IMG/VR virus record: IMGVR_UViG_3300032303_003166
Span: 1 to 64,000 of that record
Source of the DNA: a virus
Taxonomy: Duplodnaviria > Caudoviricetes
DNA: 64,000 bases
Direction: 5' to 3' (one strand)
The position numbers and the translations under genes are program-made. The notes under the pieces are model-generated. The model did no database searches, was not told the DNA's origin, and worked only from the letters and a program-made list of their open reading frames with translations. The first letter of the stretch is position 1. Each line of letters begins with the position of its first letter. Shown piece by piece: positions 58,456 through 64,000 of the stretch.

Positions 58456-58818
58456 ATGTCTCGTCGTGATAAAAATGATTTAGAATGGCAAAAAGTCAAA
58501 GCAGAAGTATCTTTGAGAGATAAGAATGTGTGTCGTCTTATGAGAGTTTTGACTCCACAAGAGGCTTACCTGCTTATAAATAAAGCAGGATCTCTTTTAA
58601 ATAGACTAACTCCTGCACATGTTTTTCCAGTGTCAACAGATCCTAAGCTGTGTTATTGCGCAGACAACATAATGACTCTGAATCAATATAGTCATAGCTT
58701 GCTAGAAGAATGCAAACATCCACTTACTGGTGAAAAAATAAGTAAAGAAGATGAAAAAAACTGGTGGATTCGAATCTTAGGTAACAATGCTTTTACTAAA
58801 TTAGAAAGAATGAGATAA
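58456..58818 (+). CDS. HNH-like protein
   Basis: V..RD..CR...AHVFP.....NI..L...H. Confidence 0.6.
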   Translation: MSRRDKNDLEWQKVKAEVSLRDKNVCRLMRVLTPQEAYLLINKAGSLLNRLTPAHVFPVSTDPKLCYCADNIMTLNQYSHSLLEECKHPLTGEKISKEDEKNWWIRILGNNAFTKLERMR

Positions 58819-58847
58819 CTTGTTATATTAATTAAAGGAGTTTAATT

Positions 58848-58997
58848 ATGGAAGAGACAGTCAAACTTGACGAGGTAAAAATAACTAAAACTGAACTAAC
58901 AGAAAAGCTTATTGAAATAAATGACAAGCCTACCGGAAAGAAAATAGTTGAAGTTGCTCCTGGCGTTTGGAAGACTTTAACTCGTCTTCAAGGCTAA
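58848..58997 (+). CDS. Small protein (49 aa, not in ORF track)
   Basis: AAGGAG RBS; MEETVKLDEVKITKTEL...RLQG. Confidence 0.6.
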   Translation: MEETVKLDEVKITKTELTEKLIEINDKPTGKKIVEVAPGVWKTLTRLQG

Positions 58998-59021
58998 GAT
59001 TTAAAATTAAAGGTAAGGAAT

Positions 59022-60008
59022 ATGCTTCCATTTGATGCTATACTCGTAGATGTACTTAATGTGGCTTATAGAGTCTTAGAAGATCGCTATAAAAAGTCGC
59101 GCTTTCAACAAAAAAGCGTATATACAGACCTTTTTTCTAATTTTGTAAATACCATTAGAGAGATTGAATCTAAGTATCTTTCCACCACCGGAAATGTATA
59201 TTTGTTATTTGATAACTCTGACTCAAAACAAGATTTGCAAGATTCATTCTATAATGTAAGACGTAAAAATATTTATCCCGAATACAAAGTTCATAGAAAG
59301 AAAGACAACAAAGATTTTTATCAAACAATTGACCTCTTAAAATATTATTATATGGTCAATACTGAAAAGTATGTTTGTATTCAAATATCCAATTTAGAGG
59401 CTGATGATCTTGTAAAGCCAGTACTAAGTCATTACATAAAGCCAGAGGAAAGAGCTCTATTTATTACAAATGATTCTGATTGGGCACGATATATTTCAAA
59501 TCGTAATTTTATTCTGGATAATTTTGTAGAAGATCCCTCTTCAATTGATGATTATAGCAAGAAATTAGGCTTTCCAATTACAGAGAGCAATATTGTTCTT
59601 TATAAGTCTTTTTTTGGTGATGCTGCTGATGAGATTCCTCAAATTATTCCCAAGACAGAAAAAAACTTAGAAATGTTTTATGATATAATTAAAAGAAAAA
59701 ATGAAAATCTAAATGAGCTTGTATTAGAAGCTCGTAAAGGCGATCATCCTATTTTTAAATTGCCAGAATTTAAAACACAAATAAGAAATTCAGATGGAAA
59801 AATAGAAAAAGATTCTCTTTATAAGCTGGATCAATTTATTATAAATCTACGTTTAGTTTCATCTATTAGCATTGATAAAACACATCTTCTTGCAGCAACA
59901 GTTATGGGTCGTAATTCAATTAAGCTAAAAGAAGCTGTAGAAAAAGCCATGGGATTGCTTTCTTCTCAAAAGAAATTTACATTTGGATACAAGAGGCCAC
60001 GAGTTTGA
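59022..60008 (+). CDS. 5'-3' exonuclease / RNase H (FEN-like)
   Basis: ILVD, LFD, RK.IYPEYK.HR, LEADD, TNDSDW, GDAADEIP. Confidence 0.9.
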   Translation: MLPFDAILVDVLNVAYRVLEDRYKKSRFQQKSVYTDLFSNFVNTIREIESKYLSTTGNVYLLFDNSDSKQDLQDSFYNVRRKNIYPEYKVHRKKDNKDFYQTIDLLKYYYMVNTEKYVCIQISNLEADDLVKPVLSHYIKPEERALFITNDSDWARYISNRNFILDNFVEDPSSIDDYSKKLGFPITESNIVLYKSFFGDAADEIPQIIPKTEKNLEMFYDIIKRKNENLNELVLEARKGDHPIFKLPEFKTQIRNSDGKIEKDSLYKLDQFIINLRLVSSISIDKTHLLAATVMGRNSIKLKEAVEKAMGLLSSQKKFTFGYKRPRV

Positions 60009-60997
60009 TTTGTTTTTTTGGAGACGTACACTTTACAGACCAACGAGAGTATTTATATGAAGCTGGAAATGAGTTTTTAAGTTTTTATAAAAATTTATCA
60101 CAAAATAATTCTCAAAATATTGCTGTTTTCCTAGGTGATTTGGTTGAAACATTTATAAACAGTGGAAGAGTTTTTGAGCAACTTCACTTATTACTAGAAT
60201 ACTCAAAGTTTAAACATATTTATGTACTTGTAGGCAATCATGATTTGCGTAAGAGTAAGGGTAGAGAGCATCTTGCTTTTGAATTTATTCGTAATATGCA
60301 AAATGTTACCATTCTTGAAAAACCTTTTGAAGAAATCACAATTGAAGGCTATTCTTGTCTTTCACTTCCTCATTATAATCATATTGAGGGTTTGCCTCCT
60401 ATGTATGATCATTACAATAGCATTCCCAAAGAATTTACTAGCAAAACTTATGATTTTGTACTAGGTCATTTGACTGACAATACAATAAACGCTTTTGGAA
60501 AAGTAGCAGACCTATCTGCAATAAAAACAAAGAAATTAATTCTAGGACATATACATACCAGATCAAATTCCAGCTATATTGGATCTATTTATCCACTAAA
60601 TCCTCTGCAGAGTGATGAAACCAGAGCTATCTGGTGCTTGGATAAATATGACTGGTCAGAAATTTCTCTTCCAAAAATGCTAGGCTATTATGAAGTTGAA
60701 TTTCCTGAATCTCTTCCAGCTGTTGATCATAAAATCTCTTCTTGGACCGTCTATAATTGCTATGACGTGTCTTTACTAAAGCAAAAATATGGAAATATTC
60801 ATATTAGACAGGTAAACTCTAAACCTAAAAATTTAAATAAATCTGTCTTAAAGAAAGAGCATTTTCGTCTTTCGTTCTCTGATTCCCAATCTTCTAAACC
60901 AATAGATCTACTTAATGAGTTAATCAAGTCCTCAAGTACATCATATGATCGTGGAGCTGTTTCTATTTTAAAGAAACTATTATCTTCTCCTGCTTAA
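60005..60997 (+). CDS. Mre11/SbcD-like metallophosphoesterase (gp47-like)
   Basis: GDVH, LGD, VGNHD, GH, LGHIH, YIGS. Confidence 0.85.
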   Translation: MICFFGDVHFTDQREYLYEAGNEFLSFYKNLSQNNSQNIAVFLGDLVETFINSGRVFEQLHLLLEYSKFKHIYVLVGNHDLRKSKGREHLAFEFIRNMQNVTILEKPFEEITIEGYSCLSLPHYNHIEGLPPMYDHYNSIPKEFTSKTYDFVLGHLTDNTINAFGKVADLSAIKTKKLILGHIHTRSNSSYIGSIYPLNPLQSDETRAIWCLDKYDWSEISLPKMLGYYEVEFPESLPAVDHKISSWTVYNCYDVSLLKQKYGNIHIRQVNSKPKNLNKSVLKKEHFRLSFSDSQSSKPIDLLNELIKSSSTSYDRGAVSILKKLLSSPA

Positions 60998-61016
60998 AAA
61001 ATTGTACTAATTTAAT

Positions 61017-62162
61017 ATGGGACAAGAATTTCAATATGAATCATTTTATGACACTAAAAAATATGGAATGTCATACTACTCAGTTCAGATCGCTTTAGAG
61101 CGATTTATTGCTGAAAAAATATTACGTGGTGATCTTTCAAGGATTCTTTTTACCGCTGATTCTTTCGTATTTCGCGCTAGAATGGAGCAACAAGATCGTA
61201 GTACAGCCTATCAAGCAGCTTCTTCATTAAAATTTCCTTTTTCAAATTATTGGTATGAAGGTTTTTGGGAAAGAGATGACAGAATAGCATCTAATCAAGC
61301 ATCACAACAGCTATCAGGAATAAACTTAGGTGGAGACTTTTATATAAGATCTCGCGCAGTTATGACCACTATTCCGTTTACTTTTTATTTTAACTCAGAC
61401 AATGATGCGCGAATAGCTTATGAAAAACTACAATGGACATTTAATCCAAGAAGTGCTGTACTTTCAACAACTGTTAAATACAAAGAACATATTATAGATA
61501 TTCCAGTAATCGTGTCATTAGAAGATCTAGTATATAATCCTGATTACACTGAAAAAGAATGGTTAAGTCAAAATAGAATTATTCCTATTAGAGCAAATTT
61601 TAAAATAAGAACGTATACTCTTGGTCCTAATGTTCAAACACCAGTTCCTGGTGGTCTTGACACAACAGATACTGAAGATGAAATTATATCTATCACAGAA
61701 ACTGCATTACTACAATTTTTTCAAAGTAAAAATTTGTATACAACTTTAACAATAGATGATATAGAGCCTTTAGATGAGGTTGAATTAGCGGTCAATGCTT
61801 ATTTTGATCCAACATATGATGTTGTTATAAACTCTATTACTAGTAGTAACATTACTTATAGCTCTGTAAAAATTAGTTGGAATCTTGATATTCCACCAAT
61901 ATCTGATCCTACCTCAATTGAAAGCATAATCATAAGTACTAAAGGAAAAGAGTCTGTGACTATAAATAATCCAGCTCTTATTGATGACTATGTGTTCACT
62001 GGTCTTAATGAATTATCCACCTATAAGTTTCAATTATATATTAAATTAAAATCAGGAAAGATAAAAATTCAAACAATAACTATTACTACAGCAAACAATC
62101 CAGCAGTTCCAGACATTGGGGGACTAGCTGGTCTTAAATCTTTAAGAGGAGTAACTTTCTAA
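61017..62162 (+). CDS. Tail-completion/terminator-like protein with C-terminal fibronectin-III domain
   Basis: Lies before the sheath; ITYSSVKISW...FTGLNELSTYKF FN3 signature. Confidence 0.55.
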   Translation: MGQEFQYESFYDTKKYGMSYYSVQIALERFIAEKILRGDLSRILFTADSFVFRARMEQQDRSTAYQAASSLKFPFSNYWYEGFWERDDRIASNQASQQLSGINLGGDFYIRSRAVMTTIPFTFYFNSDNDARIAYEKLQWTFNPRSAVLSTTVKYKEHIIDIPVIVSLEDLVYNPDYTEKEWLSQNRIIPIRANFKIRTYTLGPNVQTPVPGGLDTTDTEDEIISITETALLQFFQSKNLYTTLTIDDIEPLDEVELAVNAYFDPTYDVVINSITSSNITYSSVKISWNLDIPPISDPTSIESIIISTKGKESVTINNPALIDDYVFTGLNELSTYKFQLYIKLKSGKIKIQTITITTANNPAVPDIGGLAGLKSLRGVTF

Positions 62163-62242
62163 TTTAAGATACTAATTATTATGTGGTGGATACTAATAGA
62201 TTTTGCGCTCCACTTTACGGATTCAAAGGAGTAACACACTAA

Positions 62243-64000
62243 ATGGCAGGAAATTTTAGACTTTCATTCAATGATATTGACACAAGCCAAGCTCTTGGAG
62301 TAGTAGACTCATTTATAAGAGGATACATGGTTTTAAAAGCACCTAAAGGAAATGCACTTCCAACATATTTTCCAAGAGGATCAGCTAATAAAATAATTTC
62401 TCTTATAGGTGTTCCTTCAGTTACATATCCTAATATACAAGACGCTCTTGACTTTAACGCCCAATATGGCCTTTACATATCATCACCAGCATCAGGATCC
62501 TTAGGATATGCTTCATACTATGGCGGAGTTTACTTAACAGAGTATGGTTTGTTTAATTTTGATAGAGTAAGTGACATAACTTCTCCTAATTATAAGGTTG
62601 CTCTTACTATAGGTGGTGAAGTTGCAAAAAATGGTTTAGCATCAGTAAATTCAAATCTATCTTGGAATTCAGGTTCTGGTATAATAATAGGAGATGGTGA
62701 AGGAAGTGCATATATTCCAGATTGGGTATATGATAAACTTAGTGGAATAAGACTTACATACAATGGAAATAATCTTGGAAGTGAAGATTTAAAAGGAAAA
62801 GTAATTGACATTACTGTTGATAAATCTGCTAATCCAGCTAAGTTAAAGTATGAAGGAACCGAGATTGGAAATATAACCACTACCAATGGGACACATATTG
62901 CAACTTTAGCTGGTACTCTGGATACTAGTCCCACTAGTCCAGAAATTCTATGGGGTGAAGATAGTCTAACTATAGCCTATTTCACATCTTATTTTAATAG
63001 CAATGGAATTACAAAAGAGTGGATTCTAGATTTAGCTGATGATACTTATTTTTATCTAAATCAACGATCTCCTAGTGAGATTCCAACAAATCTTACTATT
63101 TCTAAAATAGGATATTTTAGATCTATATCCAGTATTTCTACTAGTGACGCTTCAACATGTGTTTTTACTTGTAAGAATCACTCTTTAACAAACTTATCTA
63201 CCATTTCATTCTCCCAGATTGGATCTCTTAGTATTCTTGGCCACACTGCAACACGAAAATATTATGTTCATTATATTAATGCTGATACTTTTAGTATATC
63301 CATATTGCCTACTAGTACTCCTTTAGTATATGAATCAACTCCTGGCACTCCTACAAGTTCACAGATTATAGGGACAATAGGCGCTGGTGTTACTTACACA
63401 GAAACCAAGTGGTCAACCAATCAAATTTCATTCTCATTTACTGAGGCAGGAGCTCCTGGAAAGCAAGTGGTTGGTGGAACATTTATTGGAAATCTTGTCA
63501 GCACTTCAAAAGATTCTTATAACTCAAACAATTATATAGAAAATCTTCTTATGGATACAGACAATAATTTTCTTCAAATAAGAGTTGTAAAACCATTTAC
63601 GGGTTCAACACTATATAGCGTTCCTGCTGCTACAACAGTCTCTATAACTGGAAAAAGATATGCAGCTCAAGCAGATGCAGACCTGGCAGTTATCCTTAGT
63701 GAAGGATGGGAATTTGCCACTGAAGACGAATATGATGTTGTAGACCTCTTTATGGAGCCTAGTGGAGAACCTTCCATTAAAGATTCTTTGGTTTCACTAA
63801 GGTCTGTTCATCAGCTATCAACCATAATTGCTCCTATTCTTGGTACAACTGTTGATGAAATACATGATGCTCATGCCGGTGCTCCAAGCTCAAAAGGCCT
63901 TGCATATTATGCAAATCAGTTTATGATTAAAGAAAACTATGCAGGAACTCAATTCTGGAGCAATTGTATAGGCGCAATAGGAACCAAACTTGCCACAATA
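62243..64000 (+). CDS. Tail sheath protein, partial (runs off right edge)
   Basis: AAGGAG RBS; MAGNFRLSFNDIDTS...GYMVLKAPKG..P sheath-type N-terminus; GWE...DEYD.VDLFM...; frame stays open to the edge. Promoter motif at 62170. Confidence 0.7.
   Translation, partial: MAGNFRLSFNDIDTSQALGVVDSFIRGYMVLKAPKGNALPTYFPRGSANKIISLIGVPSVTYPNIQDALDFNAQYGLYISSPASGSLGYASYYGGVYLTEYGLFNFDRVSDITSPNYKVALTIGGEVAKNGLASVNSNLSWNSGSGIIIGDGEGSAYIPDWVYDKLSGIRLTYNGNNLGSEDLKGKVIDITVDKSANPAKLKYEGTEIGNITTTNGTHIATLAGTLDTSPTSPEILWGEDSLTIAYFTSYFNSNGITKEWILDLADDTYFYLNQRSPSEIPTNLTISKIGYFRSISSISTSDASTCVFTCKNHSLTNLSTISFSQIGSLSILGHTATRKYYVHYINADTFSISILPTSTPLVYESTPGTPTSSQIIGTIGAGVTYTETKWSTNQISFSFTEAGAPGKQVVGGTFIGNLVSTSKDSYNSNNYIENLLMDTDNNFLQIRVVKPFTGSTLYSVPAATTVSITGKRYAAQADADLAVILSEGWEFATEDEYDVVDLFMEPSGEPSIKDSLVSLRSVHQLSTIIAPILGTTVDEIHDAHAGAPSSKGLAYYANQFMIKENYAGTQFWSNCIGAIGTKLATI

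Noticed and set aside
62590-62934. 114-aa minus-strand ORF
   Set aside because: Antisense shadow of the tail sheath ORF.
1-64000. Stop-codon reassignment
   Set aside because: Conserved genes are full length under code 11, and TAA, TAG and TGA all end genes. The polymerase truncation is followed by a convergent gene, not a read-through frame.
1-64000. tRNA, rRNA, integrase or transposase
   Set aside because: None recognised by eye; tRNAscan-SE was not run.

Overview
This window is a 64-kb, AT-rich, gene-dense piece of a large lytic myovirus with a T4-like head module. It encodes a gp23-like major capsid protein, gp21-like prohead protease fused to a scaffold, gp20-like portal, large terminase, neck and tail-completion proteins, a tail sheath (open at the right edge) and a >1500-aa repeat-rich tail fibre (open at the left edge). 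The last two are missing from the ORF track. Replication and nucleotide genes are interleaved with the structural genes: an N-terminal half of a family-A DNA polymerase, primase, sliding clamp, 5'-3' exonuclease, Mre11/gp47, RecU-like, UvsY-like, Cas4-like, ThyX, dNMP kinase, DUF5664 and a deaminase. There are two sigma-like factors and host-type accessory genes (BMP lipoprotein, Hsp20, lipase, membrane transporter). Several host-like genes look spirochaetal, which is inference only. The best non-obvious signals are: (1) a minimal cobalamin-type riboswitch, under a phage promoter, whose loop can pair with the RBS of an S-component-like transporter; (2) a split PolA that stops just before motif B and ends in a degenerate intein/Hint-like tail; (3) two long coiled-coil membrane proteins overprinted in different frames and started from one RBS (spanin-like); (4) two origin-like hairpin cassettes 26 kb apart with mirrored order but same-strand loops; (5) a recurrent (T)ACTAA(T/A/C)TA promoter that often yields leaderless mRNAs; (6) three UAUAU-loop hairpins in the capsid leader. 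All functional calls come from motif recognition by eye; no searches were run.
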